DNA from: a virus
Taxonomy: Duplodnaviria; Caudoviricetes
IMG/VR virus record: IMGVR_UViG_3300012206_000008
Location: 1-58,998 of that record
Strand: one strand, 5' to 3'
Length of the DNA: 58,998 bases
A program made the translations under genes and the position numbers. Positions 9,700 to 18,921 of the stretch are shown in pieces. Below the pieces are notes generated by a model that saw nothing but the letters and a program-made list of their open reading frames with translations, was not told the origin of the DNA and made no database searches. Numbering within the stretch: position 1 is the stretch's first letter; every line of letters starts with the position of its first letter.

Positions 9700-10269
9700 A
9701 TGTCACTACCGACTATCACCACTTTTCAGCAATTGTTCGTCCTTCTTCTCTCCCCTCTTGTCTTGGCATTCATAGGCGATACTACGGCCGCTATCCTGAA
9801 ACAAGACGGCTTCGATAAGTACTCACCAATCTGGAATGAACTCATAGCATGGGCGGTAGTACTTGTGTTCGCTCTGCTCAGCGTAGTTGCAGACAATCAA
9901 TTCAACGGCGGGCTCAATGCCGTGGCTGATGCGACCATAGCAGCCTTCTCGCTCCTTGCTAGTGGCAGCTTGAAGAGCCTCAAGTACTGGTTGATCTTCA
10001 CGGGATGGGTACAGGCAGCGACAAATTTTGTCCAGGCACCTGCGCAAATTGCTCCACAGGCACCCGTTGCGCCACCTGATCCGGTTGTTGAGGCCTGGCA
10101 GCAAGCCATTGATAAATCCGTTGTACCAATCTCACAGACAAAGAGCACCAACGCGGTATCACCAAGTCCGTTGTCATTGCCGAGCAAGCCACAACCGAAG
10201 CCAATAACGTTGATGTCGACACAGCCTAATCCGATAACGCCAGCAACAGACGAGGACCATTCAGGGTGA
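9700..10269 (+). CDS. Holin-like membrane protein
   Basis: About three hydrophobic segments plus Pro-rich tail; AGAAAGGA RBS; near lysin. Confidence 0.55.
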   Translation: MSLPTITTFQQLFVLLLSPLVLAFIGDTTAAILKQDGFDKYSPIWNELIAWAVVLVFALLSVVADNQFNGGLNAVADATIAAFSLLASGSLKSLKYWLIFTGWVQAATNFVQAPAQIAPQAPVAPPDPVVEAWQQAIDKSVVPISQTKSTNAVSPSPLSLPSKPQPKPITLMSTQPNPITPATDEDHSG

Positions 10270-10496
10270 AGTACTACCTGTGCCAAAAGCGCGCAGAGTC
10301 GCAATGTCCTGATTGCGGGCACTGGACATGTTGGGAGGACAGGCGAGACTTCCCTCCGAACTTCGATGACCATGTGTGCTATCCCTGCGTCGGGAAGCGC
10401 AACGACGCGATGGTAGCCCATTGGCGGGATATGTATGCACAGGGGGAGACGTTGAATGAGATGCAATTACGATGGATTGGAGTACAACCGACATGA
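10266..10496 (+). CDS. Small Zn-finger protein
   Basis: CxxC motifs; GTGA coupling. Confidence 0.5.
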   Translation: MKYYLCQKRAESQCPDCGHWTCWEDRRDFPPNFDDHVCYPCVGKRNDAMVAHWRDMYAQGETLNEMQLRWIGVQPT

Positions 10497-10846
10497 GCAA
10501 GACAAACATTTGCGAGCGATGTGGTGGGCAGAAAACGCTTTACATCGAGATAGAGCCGACTTATAACAATGGCTTCACCTCTGCTGTACGTGCAGAGCAT
10601 ACAAGTGGCACGGTCAGGATATGCCTGTGTCCTCCAAAGGCAAAGCATGATGGCAATCTCGACAAAGATGGTAAGGTTCGTGTTTGGTTCGATGACGATG
10701 TGCCATTTGAGGATGGGTGTGTCCACCTCGGTAATGAGTGGAGCGGTGGTATGAGCCTGTTTGCCAGTGAAGCCCTTTCCCTTCTTGATTGGTTGCAACA
10801 GAACAAGCGCGCACTAGAACGATTGCGAGATAGGACCGATGCTTGA
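10493..10846 (+). CDS. Hypothetical protein
   Basis: ATGA coupling. Confidence 0.5.
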   Translation: MSKTNICERCGGQKTLYIEIEPTYNNGFTSAVRAEHTSGTVRICLCPPKAKHDGNLDKDGKVRVWFDDDVPFEDGCVHLGNEWSGGMSLFASEALSLLDWLQQNKRALERLRDRTDA

Positions 10847-11045
10847 CCTATTACAAAGAGACAAGAACGCAACTGAGCAGATGCCAGCCATGCCTACTAC
10901 TGAAGAGGCCATAGCTGATTTGTACGCGCAGATACGCATCTTGCAACAAACACAATGGTCTATCATTATCACGGTATGCTTGCTCTTTCTGGTTGAAGTC
11001 GCGCAATTGTTTGCGATTTATGGTGTCATGGCTAGCGTGCGATGA
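10839..11045 (+). CDS. Small membrane protein
   Basis: C-terminal hydrophobic helix. Confidence 0.5.
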   Translation: MLDLLQRDKNATEQMPAMPTTEEAIADLYAQIRILQQTQWSIIITVCLLFLVEVAQLFAIYGVMASVR

Positions 11046-11143
11046 ACACAGATACACGCTGGCCGTTCGTGATGGTGTGGGTAGTGGGACAAATGGGGAG
11101 TAGGGGATGGTGAGAGGCCAAGAGAAGCCTGCTCCAATCAACA

Positions 11144-11170
11144 GAGTCCCTTGTTTTGTCAGGGACTCTT
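11144..11170. terminator. Hairpin between convergent operons
   Basis: AGAGTCCCT...AGGGACTCT inverted repeat. Confidence 0.55.
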
Positions 11171-11181
11171 GCCTCATCTGT

Positions 11182-11460
11182 CTATCTTGCGGCTGGATCA
11201 CCTTTGGTGTAGCCTTTTGCCATCTCTTCGTATTCTTCAAACAGCACGCGCTTGGAATCACGCTCTTGTGCCTGCTCAGCTAGCTCCTCCTGCCAGCCTT
11301 GCACAAACTTCGCACGAGCTTCGCCAAGCAGACCGACACTCTCGGTTTCTTGCTCTGCTGTAGTTTTATCGAACCATTCGTATCCTCTTGCAGCTAAAGA
11401 GCCTGCGAGATATGGGTCTCTCTGTACGATTTGCCGCCAATCAATCTGATGTTTGGCCAT
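11182..11460 (-). CDS. Hypothetical protein (transfer-operon distal gene)
   Basis: AGAAAGGA RBS. Confidence 0.6.
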   Translation of the reverse strand: MAKHQIDWRQIVQRDPYLAGSLAARGYEWFDKTTAEQETESVGLLGEARAKFVQGWQEELAEQAQERDSKRVLFEEYEEMAKGYTKGDPAAR

Positions 11461-11480
11461 GATAGTCTATCCTTTCTATC

Positions 11481-11696
11481 CTATCCAAACAAGTGTGACC
11501 AAAATCCGCCCCTCGGCTCGTGCGTGAACTGCGAGCGGAGTTCGTTGGCTTGTTCAGCCAGTGCATTCCATTGCTGTTCATTATCCGAGGCTTCAATCAT
11601 CTCGATGCGGATATCGAGGTAGTCGTCATACGCCTGTTGTTGTTCGAGGCAAGGCTCTTGTTCAGATGAGCCACTTAACCAATTCCAAAATCCCAC
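11481..11696 (-). CDS. Small acidic protein with MGFW N-terminus
   Basis: AGAAAGGA RBS; aromatic termini. Confidence 0.6.
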   Translation of the reverse strand: MGFWNWLSGSSEQEPCLEQQQAYDDYLDIRIEMIEASDNEQQWNALAEQANELRSQFTHEPRGGFWSHLFG

Positions 11697-11726
11697 GATA
11701 GTGTGTCCTTTCTGTATTATCCGATT

Positions 11727-11927
11727 TCAGAAGCCGTTTCGTTTCGCTGCCTTGTCATATGCTTTCGACAAAGCCCGCGTCATCTGCTCATTGGACAGTT
11801 TCGAGGTGTCCAGGTGAAGCAAGCGATTCAGTTGCTCCACCAAGAGTGGATCGGTGATTACTGTGTCTTCCTGTTCAGTCTGTGCGCTTGTTTCCTGTGC
11901 GTCTTGTTTCTTGCTCCAAAATCCCAT
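11727..11927 (-). CDS. Small protein with MGFW N-terminus
   Basis: AGAAAGGA RBS. Confidence 0.6.
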   Translation of the reverse strand: MGFWSKKQDAQETSAQTEQEDTVITDPLLVEQLNRLLHLDTSKLSNEQMTRALSKAYDKAAKRNGF

Positions 11928-11945
11928 GGTGTATGTCCTTTCTTG

Positions 11946-12995
11946 CTATGCGGTTTGTTGTTCTAATCGAAACGCTTTACGGATATCACTGATATAGGCG
12001 ACTGAAATGGATTGTCCTCTTTCACTCGCCTTACGCTGTATCTCACTAATCGTCATCTCTGAGCTTTCAGTCAGACACATACGAACGAAGGCCCCTTTAT
12101 CAAAATCTTGTAGGGCTTTAGGTGCTTCTTTCGCTACGACTTTCAGCGAAGGGACTGAAACGGTCTGCTCTGGTATCCGGCGGATGACTTTTGATTGTTC
12201 CTCTAAGGTCACTTTCACTACTGAAACCTCTTGAACAAACCCCTGATAGACCTCCTGTAACCTCTGTTCGGTCAGAGCTTCCATCCCCACTAACCGATTA
12301 TCTAACGCTGTTTGTGCTTGACTCAATTGCATCGAAACTTCACGGCGCATCTCGCGCATCTGGCTAGTCGTTGTTTGTTCGAGACGGGCTACAGCCTGCC
12401 CCATTTGCTCGTGCATCAAAGCTATGCGGCTCATTGCCTCGGTAAACGCTCTATTCGTTTCGGCTAGGGCGACCTTCGGTGAAATGGTACCCGAAAAACG
12501 CTTATGCTTCGTGCAGGAGAGGGCAATATAACCAATACTTGCCACGGTTCGCAAGAAGAACAAAGGCCACAAGACCCATGGGTTTATTTGGGTTTCAGTC
12601 AAGCCCGCTATGGAGCTCCCAAATTGCAAGAGGAGCATAGCACCCCCAACGAATGCTAAGAGTGCTGAGAGAATACCGTAGAACCATGCTTTGAGAATAT
12701 CACCCTCTTCTCTTGCATCCAGCGAACACACGAGAACAGGGCCGACCGAAACCTCCATAGCTACACCTTGGGCGATAGACCACCAGAGCGAAAGTTCGGC
12801 GTTGTGTGCAAGGAGCTGCCCTCTCTGCAAAAAGTCAATAGCTGATATGATGATCCCGGCTGCGAGCAGGGGTTCGCTCGTTTTGGCAAAAAAGCGAAAG
12901 ATGAAGGATGTTACGACATCATACCAGTTCAGCCCATTGATATCTTTTCCGAATTGCTTCCAGGTGTAGCGTTCTGATTTATTGGTTATCTGCAT
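11946..12995 (-). CDS. Multi-TM, coiled-coil protein with C-terminal HTH-like end (Spd/DUF2637-like architecture)
   Basis: About four TM segments, long coiled coil, MTISEIQRKASERGQSISVAYISDIRK end; start placed at MQITNK. Confidence 0.55.
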   Translation of the reverse strand: MQITNKSERYTWKQFGKDINGLNWYDVVTSFIFRFFAKTSEPLLAAGIIISAIDFLQRGQLLAHNAELSLWWSIAQGVAMEVSVGPVLVCSLDAREEGDILKAWFYGILSALLAFVGGAMLLLQFGSSIAGLTETQINPWVLWPLFFLRTVASIGYIALSCTKHKRFSGTISPKVALAETNRAFTEAMSRIALMHEQMGQAVARLEQTTTSQMREMRREVSMQLSQAQTALDNRLVGMEALTEQRLQEVYQGFVQEVSVVKVTLEEQSKVIRRIPEQTVSVPSLKVVAKEAPKALQDFDKGAFVRMCLTESSEMTISEIQRKASERGQSISVAYISDIRKAFRLEQQTA

Positions 12996-13008
12996 AGCTT
13001 TTCGCTTT

Positions 13009-13791
13009 CTACTTTTCAGGATGTTTATTAGACTTCTGAGAGTTACACTTTCGGCAAGCGGGGACACAGTTCTCTTTGGTTGTACCGGCTCCATGTCCGA
13101 TAGGGATATAGTGCTCAAGGGCTTCAAATCGAGTACTTTGACAGTAGGCACAAAGAAATTTGAAGGATTGGAGCGTTTGTACCCATTCTGCTACCGTTAA
13201 CGTAGCTGGCTCACCTGCTTGTTTAGCACGATATTTCTGGGAGCGAACGCGAAGGATTTCATGTGCATAGCGACCTTTACATTCTGCACATACCTCGTAA
13301 TGCATGTCAGTCATAGGGCGTGTCCGACAAATCAAGCAAACCATTGGCTTTGGTGCCGATATCACTGGTAATTGTGGAATAACTTTTATAGGTGTCGTCT
13401 GTACTATCGCAAGTTTTTTTGAGTGGAATGCTACAGGTAAAGTGGTTGTCAATGCACAAAGAACTAGCACAGGAGCCAGCCCCACCATAAGAGGATCAAT
13501 GGTGAAAAGTTGATGTGAATATTCTGCCAACTTCCCTAATTGCTCAAAATGTTGAGCATAGACGCTGCCTAACCACCAACTCATACCAACCCATAAGAAC
13601 ATAGCCAACCAAAGACAAAAACGTGTAATCTTATCCTCACAGAAGCGTAAAGCAATTTGAAGGATAATCACGAAAGTCACAAATGCTATAGCAGGAACAA
13701 TACCTATGAAGTAAGCAACATGAACCGTGATATTGAGCAGAATAGGGGCACATATTAGAAAACACCCCCCATACATCCATATGTTTCTCAT
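13009..13791 (-). CDS. Membrane-anchored HNH endonuclease
   Basis: N-terminal TM helices; CAYC...EHYIP...NCVPACRKCNSQK; GGGAG RBS. Confidence 0.75.
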   Translation of the reverse strand: MRNIWMYGGCFLICAPILLNITVHVAYFIGIVPAIAFVTFVIILQIALRFCEDKITRFCLWLAMFLWVGMSWWLGSVYAQHFEQLGKLAEYSHQLFTIDPLMVGLAPVLVLCALTTTLPVAFHSKKLAIVQTTPIKVIPQLPVISAPKPMVCLICRTRPMTDMHYEVCAECKGRYAHEILRVRSQKYRAKQAGEPATLTVAEWVQTLQSFKFLCAYCQSTRFEALEHYIPIGHGAGTTKENCVPACRKCNSQKSNKHPEK

Positions 13792-13804
13792 TTTACAATT
13801 CTCC

Positions 13805-15241
13805 CTAGAATAACTCTGCAATAATTTCACTGAGTTCATGAGCCGCTTTTTTATAAGGTGCCCCACCTTGTTTTGTCGTCACTCCCCAAACCTCTTCAAT
13901 AATTTTCGAGGTGGGTGTTTTTTCTCTGAGCAATTCTCGTACACGGGTCGCACGTGCCGAAATTGGTCTTTCTATCGGGATTTCCACGGAATCCGTGGTG
14001 GAATCCGTGGAAAAAGCTGCAAAATCTGGCATTTCTGTCCGTGAGAAATCCGTGGTTTTGACGTGGGGATAAATCGTCAATAATTCTTCAAGAGCATCAT
14101 TCGATGCATAAGGTACCCGAATCAGTGATGCCTGTGGGGTTGCTTGACTTCTGAGCATCACCAGCCCTTTGCCTAGTCCACCGTCGTCTACCGTCCCCTT
14201 CACATCTAAGAGAACACGCGCCGATGTCGCATCACCACCGACATAGAACGCCGTGCGAAAACAATCCCTGACCGCTCCCGTTCCACCCACTGTTTTGACC
14301 AGCCAATCTTGCGCAGCACTCACCAGGTACAAGCCCACTTTGCGACCTTCTCGCAACAAATCTGCCATGTATTCCGGCGCCTCTGGAATACGCTTCACTA
14401 TCGCTGGGAGTTCATCAATTGCTAGGAAGATGGGATCACCCATGGGTTCCATATCACGCCGTCTCTCTAATCGAGATGGCAATTCTTTGAGAGCCAACCA
14501 GGACAACACATCCTTAATAGCTGGATACATGATAGCCGGTTCCATCATGAGTCTTCTCGCAATAGGTCGCCAGTCTTCATCACTCTCAACATCGACTGGC
14601 GTATAGTGTGGATCGGCCAGGATGACACGCGCACCAACACACAGCAATTGTGGCAGTAAGAGCCTCATCAAATTACTTTTCCCACCTCCAGTGGCTCCTG
14701 CTAAGGCTACATGACACAAAGCTTTGACAGGGACGGTTACACGTTCGCCACCAGGGCCGAGAGCTAGCAAGATTTGTTGCTGGGAGGGTCGCCAATCATC
14801 AAGGATATCGGCAAAGTCGCACGGGCCAGGAAGAGCAAGCCGAGGTGATGGTAATCCTTTGGGTTGCTCAGACTCAACCACCTGCGCAGGCTCTACAGCT
14901 TTGATGTTATAGCGGTATTGCTCGCGAGGGTGTGCCGCCTCAACCTGACGTGCAGATGCGTGATAAATGCCTTTGAACGTGCGTATGATGACCACATCGC
15001 CTTTATGAACGACTGTGGCACTATTGAAGACATGCACGGCTAGACTCACCACCAGCAACACGGCGGCTATCTCAAAGAGGATCATGAAGATGTAGAGAGA
15101 CACAAACAAGAATTGACCAAAGGCGTTGACTTGCTCAGGATGGTTCTTATTCATCCACCACAGCACATAGCCCATAGTCATCACCAGGACAATCAATCCG
15201 GCAAGAGCTAGGTACATGAGAAATGGTACAGCCTTTTTCAT
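13805..15241 (-). CDS. FtsK/SpoIIIE-family ATPase (TraB-like DNA translocase)
   Basis: Two N-terminal TM; Walker A GATGGGKS; Walker B FLAIDE; REGRKVGLYLVSAAQ; helical wHTH-like C-terminus. Confidence 0.8.
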   Translation of the reverse strand: MKKAVPFLMYLALAGLIVLVMTMGYVLWWMNKNHPEQVNAFGQFLFVSLYIFMILFEIAAVLLVVSLAVHVFNSATVVHKGDVVIIRTFKGIYHASARQVEAAHPREQYRYNIKAVEPAQVVESEQPKGLPSPRLALPGPCDFADILDDWRPSQQQILLALGPGGERVTVPVKALCHVALAGATGGGKSNLMRLLLPQLLCVGARVILADPHYTPVDVESDEDWRPIARRLMMEPAIMYPAIKDVLSWLALKELPSRLERRRDMEPMGDPIFLAIDELPAIVKRIPEAPEYMADLLREGRKVGLYLVSAAQDWLVKTVGGTGAVRDCFRTAFYVGGDATSARVLLDVKGTVDDGGLGKGLVMLRSQATPQASLIRVPYASNDALEELLTIYPHVKTTDFSRTEMPDFAAFSTDSTTDSVEIPIERPISARATRVRELLREKTPTSKIIEEVWGVTTKQGGAPYKKAAHELSEIIAELF

Positions 15242-15462
15242 ATCGATACCCCAAGTGTGGCATACGCCATCTGTGTCTTTTGAGAGGTCATCACCAACAC
15301 TATCACTTGCCTCGACATCCACCAGAACCCAACGAAAACGGCGATGGTGAGAGCACCCACAAACGCAAAAACAAACCCGACACCCACCAATAAAGAGATG
15401 AGTATCCTCAATCCAATTAATGCGCTCGCATCGTAGTGTGTTAAAATTTCTGTGTTCGACAT
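15238..15462 (-). CDS. Small membrane protein
   Basis: Hydrophobic; ATGA-coupled to the ATPase. Confidence 0.6.
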   Translation of the reverse strand: MSNTEILTHYDASALIGLRILISLLVGVGFVFAFVGALTIAVFVGFWWMSRQVIVLVMTSQKTQMAYATLGVSI

Positions 15463-15517
15463 GATGAACTTCTTTCATCCGGTTCGAGTATGGGCACCCG
15501 ACACGTGCCCATTTGTT

Positions 15518-15742
15518 TTACTCTTCGTCTACAGGACGAAACCTTAACAAACTATCGAGTTCAGATTTTTTATAAAACACATTCCGAGTAATCCCACGCT
15601 TGTACTTGGTCAGTCTGCCCTCTTCACCATACCTCTCAAGCGTCCGACGTGTTACCCCCAGGTACCGACACGCTTCATCTGGCGTGAGATACTCATCTGT
15701 ATCTTGTTTTGTCACTTTTGCCTCTTTCTTTTTTGTTGTCAT
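15518..15742 (-). CDS. Excisionase-like HTH DNA-binding protein
   Basis: YLTPDEACRYLGVTRRTLERY...FYKKSELD. Confidence 0.8.
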   Translation of the reverse strand: MTTKKKEAKVTKQDTDEYLTPDEACRYLGVTRRTLERYGEEGRLTKYKRGITRNVFYKKSELDSLLRFRPVDEE

Positions 15743-15743
15743 T

Positions 15744-15800
15744 GTGTTATAATATGCATATAACACGTTACTATTATACATTATACGACATGAATGTCAA
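15744..15800 (-). promoter_or_regulatory. Leftward sigma70-type promoter with GTGTTATA/TATAACAC palindrome
   Basis: Minus strand TTGACA-16-TATAAT; inverted repeat just upstream of the HTH gene. Confidence 0.55.
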
Positions 15801-15850
15801 GGGTCAAACGTTCCAATTTAAAAACTCGTTTGAATTTAGAGGAGAAACAG

Positions 15851-16477
15851 ATGTACTTTGTCTATGAACTGCTGGATCAAGAAACCCCGTTTTATGTTGG
15901 TCTCACGACTGACCCTGAAAGGCGCATCTATGACCATGTGTATGCATGGAACAAAACAAAGAAAAAAGGAGTCTATCTTCAAAACATGTTCTCACTTGGG
16001 AGAAAGCCCACGTTGAGAATTATTGAAGAGGTTGAAGAAAAAGCCCTTGGACAACAACGAGAAACATACTGGATAGAGACCTATACTGAGCAAGGAATTG
16101 CTCTGACCAATATTGTTCATGTTGAAGCGAAAAAACAAACACCCAAACCGAAAAAAGAGAAAAGAGTCAAGCAAGTCAGGAAGCCGAGAATGAGGAAGAT
16201 GCTCATACAAGAGGTACCACCACCTCCCGTCAAGCCTCTCTTTTATCAATGGCTGAAGTTCAATGTTCTTGATGAATTGTGGAAAATCTTTCTTGGCAAA
16301 AATGACCCTGATTTGCTTCTTCAAGAAGAAATGCTCACATTGGTCAATCAATTCGTTGAAGAGATTCAGACAAAACGAGAGTTGAGAGAAAAGGAAAAGC
16401 GGCATCTTGAAATTTGGCATTCCTGTTTTGTTTGGCAGTTAACGCACCCTGATGTCGGCCCAGCATTCTCAGGTTAA
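15851..16477 (+). CDS. GIY-YIG endonuclease
   Basis: FVYELL...FYVGLTTDPERRIYDH...RETYWI...LTN. Confidence 0.75.
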   Translation: MYFVYELLDQETPFYVGLTTDPERRIYDHVYAWNKTKKKGVYLQNMFSLGRKPTLRIIEEVEEKALGQQRETYWIETYTEQGIALTNIVHVEAKKQTPKPKKEKRVKQVRKPRMRKMLIQEVPPPPVKPLFYQWLKFNVLDELWKIFLGKNDPDLLLQEEMLTLVNQFVEEIQTKRELREKEKRHLEIWHSCFVWQLTHPDVGPAFSG

Positions 16478-16572
16478 TCTTGACCTCGAAACGAGCGAAT
16501 CACGCTTTGCACAGCGATATCGGGAAGCTCTCATACAGAAAGAGTCATAGCACAGCGAAAAACGCACGCTTG

Positions 16573-16609
16573 CACAAAGTCCCTGTCATCTGGCAGGGGT
16601 ACTTTTGTG
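16573..16609 (+). terminator. Putative intrinsic terminator
   Basis: CACAAAGTCCCTG...CAGGGGTACTTTTGTG. Confidence 0.5.
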
Positions 16610-16696
16610 TCTCCTCGCGTCTTGTGTTACAATAGCAATACAGCCCTCTTGGTGGGCTAAGATACCGGTGGAAAAGTGGAAGTGAGGTTTTATGTA

Positions 16697-17476
16697 ATGC
16701 GACGTGTTTTCATTGTTGTGTTGTTTGTATTCAGTCTTCTGTTAGTGTCTGTCCTCTTTGTGCCTACACAAGCAGCCCATGCAACAAACTGTAGCTCCTC
16801 TTGTATCGCCTATAGTTACTGGGATGGGCCTACCTATGGCGGTGCGACTATCACGACGGTTTCTGACCCTACGCTCACGAATACAAATGCATATTGGGCG
16901 AGATATCTGAGAATGGGGAATGGCACGCCTAGGCTTTTTGTGGGTATGGTAGTAAATAAAGGGAACGGTGATGGCTCACTATTGTGCAATAACGGTATCC
17001 ATTCATTGCAGTACTTTGTCTATGTATGGGGAAGCTCGTCGAGTGCTCATAAATGCTGGACAGCCCAATCTAGCGAATACAATCAGCTCGTAGGGCTTAC
17101 AGCTAAACCTGACTCTAGATGCACCCCCGAATTAGATGTATCCTTAGAGATACCAGCTACTAATAGTCTCTATGAAGTATGCTCTACTAACGGCGGTAGC
17201 AATCCTAACCTGTACAATAGAATGGAGTTTGATGAAATTCTCGCAGATAATCCGCCAACTAATCAACATGAAGTCTGGGGGGTTGACTGGATAGATAACG
17301 GGTATGAGTCAATAAATGGCACGATAACGTATCAAAATAGAGTAGTTGATGGGTATAGTAACCCACAGCCACCACAAGAGTTCTGGGTAACTGACCCGAT
17401 GAATGGGAACTTTGGAGGTGACATGCAATCGTGCGTGTACCAAGCATTCGTTTTTCACTGTAACATTGGTAGTTGA
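16697..17476 (+). CDS. Secreted Cys-rich protein, paralog B
   Basis: Signal peptide ending AHA; shares YSYWDG-TYGG, YNRME, VWGV-W and GG-M-SC-Y with 8653-9405. Confidence 0.7.
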   Translation: MRRVFIVVLFVFSLLLVSVLFVPTQAAHATNCSSSCIAYSYWDGPTYGGATITTVSDPTLTNTNAYWARYLRMGNGTPRLFVGMVVNKGNGDGSLLCNNGIHSLQYFVYVWGSSSSAHKCWTAQSSEYNQLVGLTAKPDSRCTPELDVSLEIPATNSLYEVCSTNGGSNPNLYNRMEFDEILADNPPTNQHEVWGVDWIDNGYESINGTITYQNRVVDGYSNPQPPQEFWVTDPMNGNFGGDMQSCVYQAFVFHCNIGS

Positions 17477-17546
17477 CCCATAGGTAATCTATCCACAGCC
17501 AGAGGGCGTAATCAAAAGCAAGAGAACAAAATGGAGATTGCGCCCT

Positions 17547-17792
17547 ATGAATTGCCAAGAGTTTGAAGAACTTTCAGGGGCCTATGCACTGGACGCCATA
17601 ACCCCTGCCGAACGTCAGGAAGCCGACGAGCATCTTGCCACATGCCTCAAATGTACCTTGTTGCTGAGTGAATTACGCGAAGTGGTCTCTCTCCTCCCCC
17701 TTACTGTACCACAAGTTAACCCATCACCCACTCTCAAAGAGCGTATTTTTGCTGTGATAGCAGCGATAAAGCATCTCTTTGGAGAGCCATAA
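17547..17792 (+). CDS. Stand-alone zf-HC2 (ZAS) anti-sigma domain
   Basis: MNCQEFEELSGAYALDA...HLATCLKC (HxxxCxxC)...PSPTLKERI; no TM segment. Confidence 0.8.
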   Translation: MNCQEFEELSGAYALDAITPAERQEADEHLATCLKCTLLLSELREVVSLLPLTVPQVNPSPTLKERIFAVIAAIKHLFGEP

Positions 17793-17920
17793 CAGGACTA
17801 CTTTTGTGCTGTCCTTCTATCCCATCCACTTGTCATATGCCCTACATTCTGCTACTATATTCACGAAGTTCTATCTTTATTTCTTCGGGATTTTCAGCAT
17901 ATTTTCAGGGAGGAACCGCT

Positions 17921-18604
17921 ATGAGACTCGTCTCTTTGCAAGAACTTTGCCGCATATTTCAGGTTGACCCAGCCACGTTACGCAACTGGATACGCCGTGC
18001 TAACATCAAAGTCGAGATTGACCCTGTGGATAATCGCAAAAAGAGCATCGCACAGAGTGACGCGGTGAGACTCGCACGATTGCATGGTCACATGTTACCA
18101 TCAAGTCACGTGGCATACCTAGCACAATCATCACAGGATTACCGTGAGGACGTTGAAATGGAGTCAGAGGTATATCGGGATATCTCTGACAAAATAGAGG
18201 CTGTAGCGATGAAATTAAACGAATTAGAAAAGAAACATGCTGCCCTTCAGACTCACCTCGATACCATCACCACAAAACTTGACACCCTAGCTGCATCGTT
18301 GCCTATGCCAAAGCGTGACACATTGTCACAAGTTGCGCCCACACGCGCGCCTGAGACACCTGCGCACGTTCCACCTAGGTCTATCACGATGCGTGACTTT
18401 GCAAAAGCGCATGGACTGACAAGGGACTGGTTAGAGCCAAGGATAGAGAGAGGAGAATTGTCGGCGTTGATTGTGCCGTTTCGCAATGGGAAACAGTACT
18501 GGTTTAGCCCTGAGCACAAGCAAGAGGTGATAGCGTATCTGCGTCAACATGGGGTGAAGTATGGAGAGTGTGATGAGCAGGGGTGTGCTTGCCATGTCTC
18601 GTGA
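17921..18604 (+). CDS. HTH plus coiled-coil plus second HTH DNA-binding protein
   Basis: SLQELCRIFQVDPATLRNWIRR; central coiled coil; GGGAGG RBS. Confidence 0.65.
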   Translation: MRLVSLQELCRIFQVDPATLRNWIRRANIKVEIDPVDNRKKSIAQSDAVRLARLHGHMLPSSHVAYLAQSSQDYREDVEMESEVYRDISDKIEAVAMKLNELEKKHAALQTHLDTITTKLDTLAASLPMPKRDTLSQVAPTRAPETPAHVPPRSITMRDFAKAHGLTRDWLEPRIERGELSALIVPFRNGKQYWFSPEHKQEVIAYLRQHGVKYGECDEQGCACHVS

Positions 18605-18711
18605 GATGTGCGATACTGAGCGTATCCCGTCTTGGCGGATGGGGAGGTTTCTTTGGCTAGATGCACCGAGTGACGAAGAGAGACCGCCTGTGAGGATGGT
18701 GAGCACATCTT

Positions 18712-18921
18712 TTACAGGCGGTTTCTCTTCTCTGTCTCTTCTCGCTTCAACTTCTCTTCGCACTGGCCACACACCAACATCGGGACATGCCTTTCATATC
18801 GCTTGCGTGGCCTGAGCATATGGCACCATGCCGTAACACCGCACCACACACACTGGCACATGCGCACACGGTAGTAGGGCAATTGCTCGCGACGATTGCG
18901 AGGTGTCCCAGCTCGCGGCAT
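18712..18921 (-). CDS. Hypothetical Zn-finger protein
   Basis: Two CxxC motifs. Confidence 0.35.
   Translation of the reverse strand: MPRAGTPRNRREQLPYYRVRMCQCVWCGVTAWCHMLRPRKRYERHVPMLVCGQCEEKLKREETEKRNRL

Noticed and set aside
9691-9702. Holin/antiholin dual-start motif
   Set aside because: No basic residue between the two Met codons, and the first ATG abuts the RBS
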